Shown piece after piece: positions 9,438 to 19,115 of a stretch of DNA of 64,000 nt. Within the stretch, counting starts at the first letter, position 1; every line of letters begins with the position of its first letter. The stretch is taken from NCBI GenBank assembly GCA_049967475.1, contig JBMFSQ010000003.1, positions 64,001 to 128,000 of the forward strand, in the 5' to 3' direction. The position numbers and the translations under genes are program-made. The notes under the pieces were generated by a model that saw nothing but the letters and a program-made list of their open reading frames with translations, did no database searches and was not told where the DNA came from. The DNA comes from Chthonomonadales bacterium (lineage in GTDB: Bacteria > Armatimonadota > Chthonomonadetes > Chthonomonadales > CAJBBX01).

Positions 9438-11489
9438 CTACCCGCCGATGCTTTTGTGCGCTCTATGGCCCACCATTCTCGCATGTTCCTTCGTGAAGAG
9501 CGGCCTTCCACAGGTGGGGCAGGCAGCTAGATCCGCTTTCCGGTCCAGCCATTCCAACACGGTGGTGACATAAGCACTATGGCTCCAGGTAAGGGGAGCC
9601 ACCGAGAGCGGCGCCCCTGTGTACGGATGGAGTTGCTCAGCCAGGACACCTGAAGCGAGGGCGCGGCGGGCTGCCCATTCCAGCACCTGGAGGGGTTCAC
9701 CCAGATCGTCCAGAGATGCCGCACGGGCGATCTGGTATTGCGCAACCCAAAGGGTGCATAGGAACCAGGGGTTGCCCGGAATTTGCCCGTCGCCCGCGTC
9801 AATGCGGTGGTAGGGGTCGTTTTCGTACCTGGCCAATCCGCCGACGGGAGTAGGAACCGTGAGGCGGGCGCGGAGTTGCGCAACGGTCTGCTCTACGCGC
9901 GCATCACTCGCGGGGATCATGCCGAAAAAAACAAGACCCAGAACAGAAGCGTCAAGCGTGTAATCTGCCTCGAAGGTACCGGACGGATGCTTCTGGAGCG
10001 TGCGGACGAAGCGGCCGGCTTCGGGTCGCCATAGAAGCGTCTCAACGGCACGTCGAATGCGCTGGGCAGCCTCCCGGTATTTTCGAGCGTGGCCGGCTTC
10101 CCCAAACGCGGCTGCAAAGTTGGCGGCAGCCATGAGGCCTCCATACACGGCCCCTGCAGTCCAGGCGTGAACGCCCCAACGTTCTTCCCAAAGGTCGTAC
10201 GAAGGCAACGGCAGTCCCGTGGCATGATCCACGTACCCTGCCATGAAATCTCCTGCCCGAATAATCACACTGCGGTACAGGGGCTTGATGTTCTCCACGT
10301 CGCCATATCGGTCAAAGTGCTTCCACAGCGCCCAAATCACAAGGGCCGTCTCATCCTCCTGGATGGGGATTACGGGCTCCCCATCCTGGATCCAGGGATG
10401 CCAGGAACTTCCGGTACTCCCGTCGGGGTTGTACTTGTGCAGGAAGTACCCTTCACGCGTGATGAGAGGCTGGCAGAAGCGGTAGAAGGCTGAGGCCGGC
10501 ACGATCATTTCGGCTAGATCCAGGGAATGCGCCACCAGCGCGCCGTCTCGCGGCCACATGTAGGAATATGTGTCTCGGTTGAACTGTTGATTGTCCGTGT
10601 CGTTTGCCGCGATGATGGCCCCGCCCGCGTCAATCTGCGTCCGGATGATGAGAAGGCTCCGCTTGAACTGCCGCACGACTTCAGCGGGCAGGCCGTCGAA
10701 ATCAAAGGAGCTCTTGTTTACCCAAAGGGACCAATACGCCGCCGTGCGGTCGAGAAGCGTTTGGGGCCCCTTGTCCAGGATGAGCTGATTGAGGAGCGTA
10801 ACCTCCTGGTAGCTTTCGCCTACGCAGATCCAATAGAACAGGTCTGTTGGACGACCAGGCTGCACCAGCGCCGACACCGCAACGGTGGAGTCCACAGACC
10901 CCTGGGCGATGGGGTTCTTACTAAGGACACCGTCGCCCTCGGCATCACGCCATGTTCCTTCCTTGCCTTCGGATTCCTTGATACCCGTAGCATAGTCTCC
11001 GATGCCTCGGCCATCAGCTGTGCGGATGTTGATGAGGAAATACCTGGGCCCTTTGTAGTGGATGACGACGCCGAGGCGCGGATGGTAGTAGGCTGTGTCC
11101 CCAATCTCGAAGTCGGAGATATGGAAGTCGTGATGGAAAAACAGACGCACCTCCCGAGGATGGTCGGCCAGATTGTGGATGCGAACATGGCGAACGTAGA
11201 TCGTCTCGTGAAAGTCCACGGCATCGCGGCAATCGAGGGCGATGCCGAGGGAGGTTGAGGTTAGGCGCACGCAAGACACCAAGGTGTCGTCTTCATAGTC
11301 TAGGGCGCGGGTCCATGTGTCGTCATGAACCCACGAGAAGCGCCCCTCAGTCCAAACGCCGAAGCGGAAGGGGTGGCCCGCAGTATGGTTCTCGCCGCCG
11401 ATGCGGGGGAAGTAGAGATCGCGAATGTGGTATTGGGCGTCGAAAGTTACCAAAAGGCGGCCATTGGCTAGTGGAATGTCTCGGGGCAC
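9438..11489 (-). CDS. Glycoside hydrolase family 15 (glucoamylase/trehalase-like)
   Basis: YSYMWPRDGA, QEDET, YDLWEER, LAEQ..PLTWSH; start GTG 11489 with GGAGG SD (PRDIPLANG). Confidence 0.88.
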   Translation of the reverse strand: MPRDIPLANGRLLVTFDAQYHIRDLYFPRIGGENHTAGHPFRFGVWTEGRFSWVHDDTWTRALDYEDDTLVSCVRLTSTSLGIALDCRDAVDFHETIYVRHVRIHNLADHPREVRLFFHHDFHISDFEIGDTAYYHPRLGVVIHYKGPRYFLINIRTADGRGIGDYATGIKESEGKEGTWRDAEGDGVLSKNPIAQGSVDSTVAVSALVQPGRPTDLFYWICVGESYQEVTLLNQLILDKGPQTLLDRTAAYWSLWVNKSSFDFDGLPAEVVRQFKRSLLIIRTQIDAGGAIIAANDTDNQQFNRDTYSYMWPRDGALVAHSLDLAEMIVPASAFYRFCQPLITREGYFLHKYNPDGSTGSSWHPWIQDGEPVIPIQEDETALVIWALWKHFDRYGDVENIKPLYRSVIIRAGDFMAGYVDHATGLPLPSYDLWEERWGVHAWTAGAVYGGLMAAANFAAAFGEAGHARKYREAAQRIRRAVETLLWRPEAGRFVRTLQKHPSGTFEADYTLDASVLGLVFFGMIPASDARVEQTVAQLRARLTVPTPVGGLARYENDPYHRIDAGDGQIPGNPWFLCTLWVAQYQIARAASLDDLGEPLQVLEWAARRALASGVLAEQLHPYTGAPLSVAPLTWSHSAYVTTVLEWLDRKADLAACPTCGRPLFTKEHARMVGHRAHKSIGG

Positions 11490-11556
11490 TGTGAGCCTCC
11501 AAAGAATGGCCCTGCAACCGTTGACTCGGGCCGAGCGATTTGATAGATTATGACCT

Positions 11557-12447
11557 ATGGAACAGGCGTCCATTGTGCATCTCGTTTTGCTGCTGATGGA
11601 AACGCCCGGTGTGGGCCCGCGAGCTGTGGCATCCGTGCTGCGCCGCGCCGCGGTTCTGCGCACGTGCCCAGAAGCGGTGATGCGCGCACCGCCTACCGTG
11701 CTGGCGGAACAGTACGGCCTGGGTCGGAAGCAAGCCGAGCGCTTTGCACAACTCGCCAGGGAACACAGAACAGTCGTCTGGGACATGGCACGGTGGCTGA
11801 GCCGGAACGGCGTGGCCGTGGTGACCTTGTCCGATGCCAGCTATCCTCAGCGGTTGCTGGGGCACATGGCGGATCCTCCTCCGGTCCTTTTCCTTTACGG
11901 GGAAGCGAGCTTGTTGGACGGCACACTCTTTGCCGTGGCCAATTCCAACAAAGCGCCGGAACCAATGCTGAAGGCGTGCGACCGGGCCGCTGAAGAGGCC
12001 AACGACGCCGGCCTCATCCTGGTAACAGGCCATAACCGCCTCGAATATCAAAGACCTGCCCTCGCTGTGCGCAGGAACGGCGGATCTGTGTGCACGGTGT
12101 TGGACCGGGGGCTGGTTCCCGGGTTCGGAGGCGATCTTACGCGGCCTCTCTTCGCCGCGGCCCGCATCTGGTCTTGTGTGTTCGACGTCCGCAAGGAACT
12201 TGCGCTTACCCCCTTTGCGCTCCACGATTACGGCATCGGAGCGAACAACCGGAAGCGCGACGAGCTGATCTTCGCCCTGGCCGACGTCATTTATGCAGGC
12301 TTCCTTTTGCGCGGCGGCAGGATGGAGTACTTCTGCACACAGGCGGCTGCCCGCGGCGCTGTTGTGCGCTATGTTGCGGATGGACCGCCCCGCGGATCGC
12401 CGGGGGATGCAAGCGCCCGCGCATCCTTCCGTGTCCCACCGCAGTAG
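11557..12447 (+). CDS. Divergent DprA/Smf-like protein
   Basis: PGVGP helix-hairpin start, YPQRL...DPPPVLFLYG, KRDELIFALAD; several core DprA motifs are altered. Confidence 0.65.
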   Translation: MEQASIVHLVLLLMETPGVGPRAVASVLRRAAVLRTCPEAVMRAPPTVLAEQYGLGRKQAERFAQLAREHRTVVWDMARWLSRNGVAVVTLSDASYPQRLLGHMADPPPVLFLYGEASLLDGTLFAVANSNKAPEPMLKACDRAAEEANDAGLILVTGHNRLEYQRPALAVRRNGGSVCTVLDRGLVPGFGGDLTRPLFAAARIWSCVFDVRKELALTPFALHDYGIGANNRKRDELIFALADVIYAGFLLRGGRMEYFCTQAAARGAVVRYVADGPPRGSPGDASARASFRVPPQ

Positions 12448-12468
12448 CCTACGGAGAAAGGCAAGGCC

Positions 12469-14508
12469 GTGATCGGCACACGACCATTGAAGAAGCGCGC
12501 TGGGGAGAATGGCGGCGCAAAGGTGGGTCGTACGGCCGCGGGCAGTGCCTGGAGGGGCGTAACGCCGCGCGCCATCGCCGTTGCAATCCCGCTGGTAGCG
12601 GTGAATTGCTACTGGGTGCTGGAGACGGAGGGCATCTGGCACTCTAATCATGCCACCGCAATGTCGCTCTTTTGGAACACCACGTTTTTCCTGTTTGCGC
12701 TGGTGGTGCTCAATGTCTTCGTGTTGAAGCGCTTCGTGCCGCGCTTTGCCTTCAATCAAGGGGAGCTGATTACCATTTACGTCTTCATGACGCTGGGATC
12801 GGCGCTGGCAGGCCACGATTCGCTTCAACTTGGGATTCCAGCGGTGGGCGGTTTCCCAGTGTGGTTCCAGAGCCAGCAGCCGACCCTGGGGTGGGACGCC
12901 TTCAACCGCTTCTTCCCCAACTGGGCTATGGTGAAGGATCTGGACGTGCTGCGCCCGTACTACGAGGGGCTCGGCACACGCTTCCTGTACACCCGGCACA
13001 GCCTCTTGGCGTGGGCGACACCGGTTGCGTGGTGGTGCGCCTTCATCCTCGCCTTGGGAACCGTAATGATATGCCTCAATGTGTTCATCCGCAAGCAGTG
13101 GATGGAGAACGAGAAGCTCTCGTATCCCATCGTTCAGCTCCCTATGGCCCTCACCCATGATGGAGGCACTCTCGATTTCTTCAGACAAAAGCCGTATTGG
13201 ATCGGGTTTATGCTGGGTGCAGGTCTCGACGCCTACAACGGCTTGGCCACCCTCTATCCGTCGTTCCCCTTGATCCCGGTGCGCCACGATTACGCGCCCC
13301 ATAACCTAGGCCAATACTTCACAACCTATCCATGGACCGCCGTCGGCGATCTTCCCTTGCCGCTTTATCCATTCATCATTGCTCTGGGGTATTTTCTTCC
13401 CCTGGATCTCTCGTTCTCGCTGTGGTTTTTCTATCTGTTCAAGAAGGGCCTCTTGGTGCTCACGGCTGCCCTGGGCATCGAGCAGACCGGGGCCCACACG
13501 TTTCCTTACCTCACAGAACAATCCTTCGGAGCATGGGCAGCCATCTTTGCCATGGCGGCGTGGACGGCCCGCCACCACCTGGCGGCAGTGTGGCGCAAGA
13601 TCCTCACGAATGAAGGGTTGGATGACAGCGCCGAGCCCATGCGGTACCGGACGGCCTTTGTTCTTCTCGTTGCGTCAAGCGCGTTTTTGATCTACTTCTG
13701 CCTTCGGGCTGGGATGACGCTCGCGGCCGTCGTTGCGTGTTTCGGCATCTACTTTTTGATCTCTGTGGGCATCACGCGGATCCGAGCGGAACTGGGCCCT
13801 CCCGCCCATGAGATGGCAGGCAATATGAACGCGCCCTACCTCATGTCGTTGTTCGCCGGCACTGCAGGAGTGGGGTTGCCCAGCCTTACGATGATGACCA
13901 TGTTTTGGTGGTTTACAGGCCGGGGGTACCGCACACATCCTATGCCGTCCCAGTTGGAAGCATTCAAGATGGCAAGTCAGCCGGGGGTAGATATGCGCGG
14001 GCTGGGAGCCGCGATGATGCTCGCCATGCTGGTGGGCGGCTTCTTCAGTTTTTGGGCAGCGATCCACCTTCAATACAACGCCGGCGTCAACGTGATGACT
14101 GCGCACAACTGGGGGCAATTTCATTGGCTCAAAAGCCAGATAGATGCGCCGCAAACGGCCACGCGCAACCTTGCAGGGCAATACGCCGTAGGGGTAGGCG
14201 CGGTGGCGGCTGTGGCGATGATGTGGATGCGCACGCGTTTCTTGTGGTGGCCTTTTCACCCCGCCGGATACGCCATCTCTATGACCTTCGGGGCGGAGTA
14301 CTATTGGAGCTGCCTCCTCATCAGCACATTGGTTAAGTTCTTGGTCCTCCGGTATGGCGGGTATCGCCTCAACCGGCGGGTGATGCCGTTCATGTTCGGC
14401 TTGATCCTGGGTGAATATCTGGTGGGAGCAGGGTGGAGCTTCCTTTCGGTGTTGCTGAACAGCGGCCGGTATATCAACATCCGGACGTATGACTTTTGCC
14501 CAGGATAA
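12469..14508 (+). CDS. Polytopic membrane protein, DUF6785/DUF6784-like putative transporter
   Basis: About 15 TM segments; RKQWMENEKLSYPIVQLP, RIRAELGPP, WWPFHPAGY motifs as recalled for this family. Confidence 0.65.
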   Translation: MIGTRPLKKRAGENGGAKVGRTAAGSAWRGVTPRAIAVAIPLVAVNCYWVLETEGIWHSNHATAMSLFWNTTFFLFALVVLNVFVLKRFVPRFAFNQGELITIYVFMTLGSALAGHDSLQLGIPAVGGFPVWFQSQQPTLGWDAFNRFFPNWAMVKDLDVLRPYYEGLGTRFLYTRHSLLAWATPVAWWCAFILALGTVMICLNVFIRKQWMENEKLSYPIVQLPMALTHDGGTLDFFRQKPYWIGFMLGAGLDAYNGLATLYPSFPLIPVRHDYAPHNLGQYFTTYPWTAVGDLPLPLYPFIIALGYFLPLDLSFSLWFFYLFKKGLLVLTAALGIEQTGAHTFPYLTEQSFGAWAAIFAMAAWTARHHLAAVWRKILTNEGLDDSAEPMRYRTAFVLLVASSAFLIYFCLRAGMTLAAVVACFGIYFLISVGITRIRAELGPPAHEMAGNMNAPYLMSLFAGTAGVGLPSLTMMTMFWWFTGRGYRTHPMPSQLEAFKMASQPGVDMRGLGAAMMLAMLVGGFFSFWAAIHLQYNAGVNVMTAHNWGQFHWLKSQIDAPQTATRNLAGQYAVGVGAVAAVAMMWMRTRFLWWPFHPAGYAISMTFGAEYYWSCLLISTLVKFLVLRYGGYRLNRRVMPFMFGLILGEYLVGAGWSFLSVLLNSGRYINIRTYDFCPG

Positions 14509-14771
14509 AGGGAATCCAGTTGTACAATTTATTAAGGAGCAAGGTTCGCTTGTATCGCACGCGTCCGGCATATCATGATCTCATCCGCCGGCTAAGGCTG
14601 TTCCGGATGCAAGCACACAGGAGGCTAAACAATTTTCATGACCGGGGAAGGAATCCGGGCTATGCATGCAGAAATGGGGAGACGTAAAAGCACTTTAACG
14701 TCCGTGTGCGAGGAGCGCACATGCGTGGGCTTCGCGCCCACAGGGGAACTGTGTGGGGGAGGAGGCGTGCG

Positions 14772-14993
14772 ATGGAAGTGAGCAAGGGTGTGGCGGCAGC
14801 CGTGATTGCCCTCGTGATCGCAGTTATCGCGGCAGTTGGTTACTTCATGTTCCTGAAGCCCAAAGGGCAGCCTTCGGAGCCCGTCAAGAAGATGTATCTG
14901 CAGCACGGTCTAGACAAGCCGCAAAACTACGGCGCTCCCGGCATGGGAGGCGCACCACAGCCGGGTGGGCCGGGCTCTGGAGGGCCTCAGTGA
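14772..14993 (+). CDS. Small single-pass membrane protein with Gly/Pro-rich tail
   Basis: GGAGG SD before ATG 14772; MEVSKG then a 20-aa hydrophobic helix. Confidence 0.7.
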   Translation: MEVSKGVAAAVIALVIAVIAAVGYFMFLKPKGQPSEPVKKMYLQHGLDKPQNYGAPGMGGAPQPGGPGSGGPQ

Positions 14994-15101
14994 TTTCGGT
15001 TTTGCTGGCCGCAAGGCCATTCCGGCCGTCGGCGGGCCAGGAGTGGTTTGGGCATAGACGGCTTCTCCAATCTGGAGAGTACTAACGAAAGGAGCAGATG
15101 T

Positions 15102-15908
15102 ATGAACGCCAAAGCTCGAGGACCAGGTTTTACGCTCATCGAATTGCTCGTAGTGATTGCGATCATTGCCATTCTGGCCGCGATCCTCTTCCCGGTCTTT
15201 GCCCAGGCCCGGGAGGCAGCCCGGAAGAGCTCGTGCGCCAGTAACCTCAAGCAGCTTACGCTCGGTTGCTTGATGTACCAATCCGACTATGATGGGCGCA
15301 TGGTAAACGGGGGGTATGACTGCTGGAGTGCTGCTCCGGGGTCCGGATGCAGCCAAAACAATCCGCAGCCGACCATCCAGTGGCAGTGGGTGATCTTCCC
15401 GTATGTAAGGAACTGGCAGATCTATCGCTGCCCTACGGACCCGCGCCCCCTGGAGAATACGTTCATCAGCTATTCGATCAATAACTGGGCCAGTGATCCC
15501 AGCAACCGGCCAGGCGGGCTCAATGAAGCCGTATTGGTGCGGCCGGCGGAAACAGCGCTCCTCCAGGAAGGGCTGAATACGGGTTGGGCGGATAACGCGC
15601 GGCATGCAGAAGCCTTGAAGATGATCGGCGACTACACCACATGGACCCAGTGGAACCGCGTAACCCATGACAACCCCGACTGGAACTGGAGCGATCAGTT
15701 GCCTCGCCACAACGGTGGAAACAACGTGTCGTTCCGGGACGGGCACGTGAAGTTCTTCCGCATGGTTCCTTATTGCCAGGCGAATAAAACCACGGGGAAT
15801 GCCCTCAAGTGGCAGCAGTACATGTCCAATGATCGCGCAAAGTGGAACCCCGCGTGGGATTGGGACATGGATTTCGGCGAGCCGAAGCCTGGAAGCGGCT
15901 GCCAGTAG
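15102..15908 (+). CDS. Prepilin-type N-terminal methylation protein (DUF1559-like, H-x9-DG)
   Basis: [40 protein letters not shown]-terminal [23 protein letters not shown]. Confidence 0.9.
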   Translation: MNAKARGPGFTLIELLVVIAIIAILAAILFPVFAQAREAARKSSCASNLKQLTLGCLMYQSDYDGRMVNGGYDCWSAAPGSGCSQNNPQPTIQWQWVIFPYVRNWQIYRCPTDPRPLENTFISYSINNWASDPSNRPGGLNEAVLVRPAETALLQEGLNTGWADNARHAEALKMIGDYTTWTQWNRVTHDNPDWNWSDQLPRHNGGNNVSFRDGHVKFFRMVPYCQANKTTGNALKWQQYMSNDRAKWNPAWDWDMDFGEPKPGSGCQ

Positions 15909-16030
15909 GAACCAATCGAAGTCAGCGACTGCTGGAGTCCGCGTGATCAGCGAACCTGTGCGCCGGCGGCGGGGCAAAGGCGCCTCGCCTCCGGTGCACA
16001 AATGTGGCTTTCTTGTGTAGCTAAGTACCT

Positions 16031-17362
16031 GTGTTCGAAAAGCAATATGCCATGATCCTCCAAAGATTGGGCCGCGGGCTCTTGGCGCCACGGAAGCATG
16101 GTGCAATCATTGTGGTGTTGATGGTACTGTTGGGTGCCGGGGGCATCGCGTGGCTCCTTCGTCGTGGGTCGGCTCCGCCGGATTTTTCCCGCATGACGGA
16201 CAGCCAATTGAGCGCGTTGGCGAGGACCCATCCGTCCGTGGCGGTATTGGGTACTCTCTTCCAGCGTACTTTGCGCCGTGGTGCATGCGATCAGTCCCTC
16301 TCCATAGCCCAAGAGATGGTGCGCCGATATCCCCAAGATGCTCGGGCCCACAATGCCCTGGGGATCGCCTTTGTGTCGGTAGACCGGCTGGAGGACGCGC
16401 ACCGAGAATTTACGACCTCCATTACGCTTGATCCACGGCGCATCGAAGGATACGTGAACCTCGGCCGCCTTGCTATGAAGATGCGCAATTATGACCGCGC
16501 GAAGATCGAGTTTGATCGGGCGACGGCAGTGGACCCGAATTCCGCTTCGGCCTGGCGCGGCTTGGGTGAGGCGGAGGCGGCGTTGGGCGAGCGGAGCCCC
16601 GTGTCCGAGGCGCTACAGAAGGCCATCGCGCTCGCCCCGCATGATCCTGCTGCTTACGTAGATTTGGGCTGCTTCCACGCGGAGATGGGGCGCAACGAAG
16701 AGGGCCGTGCACTTCTCCAGAAGGCCTTCGATCTGGGCGATCGCTCCGGCAAACTCTATGCAGGGCTCACTATGGCCTACGCCGATCAGCCCCAATCACA
16801 GGACGAACTCAACCGGGCTCTTCAATGTGCGGCTGAGGCCGAGAAGCGCGGGGACCAAAGTTCCTTGCTCTTCTATGCAAAAGGACTGGCGCTGCAAAGG
16901 TTAGGCCGTTACAAGGAAGCCATCGGCGTCTACCGCCAGGCGGTTACCGTAAGCCCCAACGCCAATGGGCCATGGATTGGGCTTTCGCAGTGTTACCGGG
17001 CACTCGGTAGAATGGATATCGCCGAGGAGGCAGCGCGTATCGGGGAGCGGCTGCTGACGCAGAGGCAGAAGATAGGCAACCTGGAACACCAGATTCAATC
17101 CAGCCCCGACAGGCTCGATCTGAGGGAACAGTATGCCGGCATCATGATGGCCAATCACCAATACCTGCTCGCGGCCGACCAATACCGGTATATTGCCCAA
17201 CATGAGCCCGGCGATCCCAAGGCCTGGCTCAAGGTAGCCCGAGCGTTCGAGCTGGGCGGCAAGCCGGATCTGGCGAAGTATCTGCGCGCCTATGTCCGCG
17301 ACACAACGGCGCATGCCAGCCGCGCCCGCAGTCTCCCCGCGGCTGTAGCGGCCAAGTTCTGA
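16031..17362 (+). CDS. Membrane-anchored tetratricopeptide repeat protein
   Basis: N-terminal TM helix; repeated TPR patterns (AHNALG, GYVNLG, AWRGLG, AYVDLG). Confidence 0.85.
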   Translation: MFEKQYAMILQRLGRGLLAPRKHGAIIVVLMVLLGAGGIAWLLRRGSAPPDFSRMTDSQLSALARTHPSVAVLGTLFQRTLRRGACDQSLSIAQEMVRRYPQDARAHNALGIAFVSVDRLEDAHREFTTSITLDPRRIEGYVNLGRLAMKMRNYDRAKIEFDRATAVDPNSASAWRGLGEAEAALGERSPVSEALQKAIALAPHDPAAYVDLGCFHAEMGRNEEGRALLQKAFDLGDRSGKLYAGLTMAYADQPQSQDELNRALQCAAEAEKRGDQSSLLFYAKGLALQRLGRYKEAIGVYRQAVTVSPNANGPWIGLSQCYRALGRMDIAEEAARIGERLLTQRQKIGNLEHQIQSSPDRLDLREQYAGIMMANHQYLLAADQYRYIAQHEPGDPKAWLKVARAFELGGKPDLAKYLRAYVRDTTAHASRARSLPAAVAAKF

Positions 17363-19095
17363 TGAGCTTAGGGTTCCCTCCTGTTAGCCGGTTGAGCGGC
17401 AAGGCCGCCGTTCCGATCCTTTGGAGCTGCTTGCTGCTGCCGATTTGGGGTTGCAGCGTGCCTCATAGCCGGGCATCCCGGACGCCTCAGACACGTTTCC
17501 TCTTTTCGGAAATCGCCCAGAAGGCAGGCATCCGCTTTGTTCATCGCAATGGTCAGGGCGCGGGTGCCAACATCATCGAGACAACCGGCACCGGCTGCGG
17601 GGTGTTCGATTACGACAACGACGGCTAATTGGATCTCTACCTCGTGAATGGAAAATCTCCACCGGGTGACGGCAACCACCTTTATCATAACAACGGAGAT
17701 GGAACCTTTACAGACGTCACTGCAAAGGCCGGCGTGGCAGGGTTGGGGCACGGCTTCGGCATGGGCTGTACAGTGGGCGACTACGATGGGGACGGATGGC
17801 TTGACCTGTACGTAACGTACTATGGGCACAACATCCTTTATCGCAACGAAGGGAATGGAGCCTTCCGGGACGTAACAGCTAAGGCTGGAGTAGCAGCCGG
17901 CGGCTTCTCCACTTCGGCCGTCTTTGCAGACTTCGACGGTGACGGCCGGCCGGATCTGTATGTGGCGCGGTATTGCCAAATCACAAAAGACACCAAGCTC
18001 ATCTGCTACCTCAAGGGGTACCCTTCGAGCTGTCCTCCGTATTACTACCCTCCCGAACCCGATGTGATGTACCGGAACATGGGGAACGGGACCTTCCGTG
18101 ACGTAACCCGTGAGTGGGGGCTCCAGGAAAGCTCAGGCAGGGGATTGGCTACGGTGGCTGTGGACTATGACCGCGACGGACTGCTGGACCTGTTCGTTAC
18201 CAATGACGGCTCGCCGAACTTTCTGTACCGGAACTTGGGCCGCGGCCGCTTCAAGAGCGTAGGGGCCCTCGAAGGTGTCGCACTCACCGACGCCGGCGCC
18301 GCCGTGGCGAACATGGGCTGTGACTTCGGAGACTTCATGGGAGATGGTACGTTTGGCGTGGTGACCGGCGTGTTCGAGAACGAGGAAAAGCCTCTCTGGC
18401 GTTATGAGCGCGGAATGGGTTTCCAGTATTACACGCGTCAATCGGGATTGAGCGCTCCCACGTTGAGCCTTTTGACCTGGGGCATCGGTTTCGAGGACTT
18501 TGACAACGACGGCCGCCTAGATTTATTCATGGCCAACGGCCACGTTCAGGATCATGCAGACCAGATTGATCCGCGCTCTCATTACCGCCAGCCTCGAACC
18601 TACTTCGTCAACGTGGGCAACGGCCGCTTCGAAGAGCGCACGGCAGAAGGCGGGCCCGCCCTCACGACGCCGGCGGTGGGTCGCGGCGCGGCCTTCGGTG
18701 ACCTGTTCAACGACGGAGGAATAGACGTATTGGTCAACAACAATAACGGACCCGCCATGCTGGTACGCAACGATCAGCCGCGACGGAATTGGGTGGAATT
18801 GCGGCTCCTGTCGCGCGGGCCAAACTGGGAGGCCATCGGGGCCGTAGTGGAATTGGAGGCAGGGGACGTGAAACAAACGCGCTTTGTGCATACCAGCTAT
18901 AGTTTTGCGTCGGCGAATGACCCGCGGGTGCACTTTGGCCTAGGCAGTGCCTCGAAGGTGGATCGGGTGAAGGTGGCTTGGCCGGACGGCCGGAAAAGCG
19001 AATATGCGGGCGTTCCGGTGAACCGCATCGTAACACTCGTGGAGCCTGGCGCAGCCGTTCCGCATACCCTTAGGCGCCTGTTGACTTCGCGCTGA
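17362..19095 (+). pseudogene. CRTAC1-family (FG-GAP repeats + ASPIC/UnbV) lipoprotein interrupted by an in-frame TAA at 17626-17628
   Basis: ORFs 17362-17628 and 17629-19095 are contiguous in one frame, reading DYDNDG*LDLYLVNG; lipobox-like IWGC; repeated DxDxDG; C-terminal VHFGLG..VAWPDG. Confidence 0.8.
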
Positions 19096-19115
19096 TCGGG
19101 GCGGGGTAAGCCGCA

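Noticed and set aside
9397..11786. Apparent long overlaps of GH15 with dprA-like and of VIT1 with GH15 in the ORF track
   Set aside because: They disappear when the SD-supported starts at 11489 and 9397 are used.
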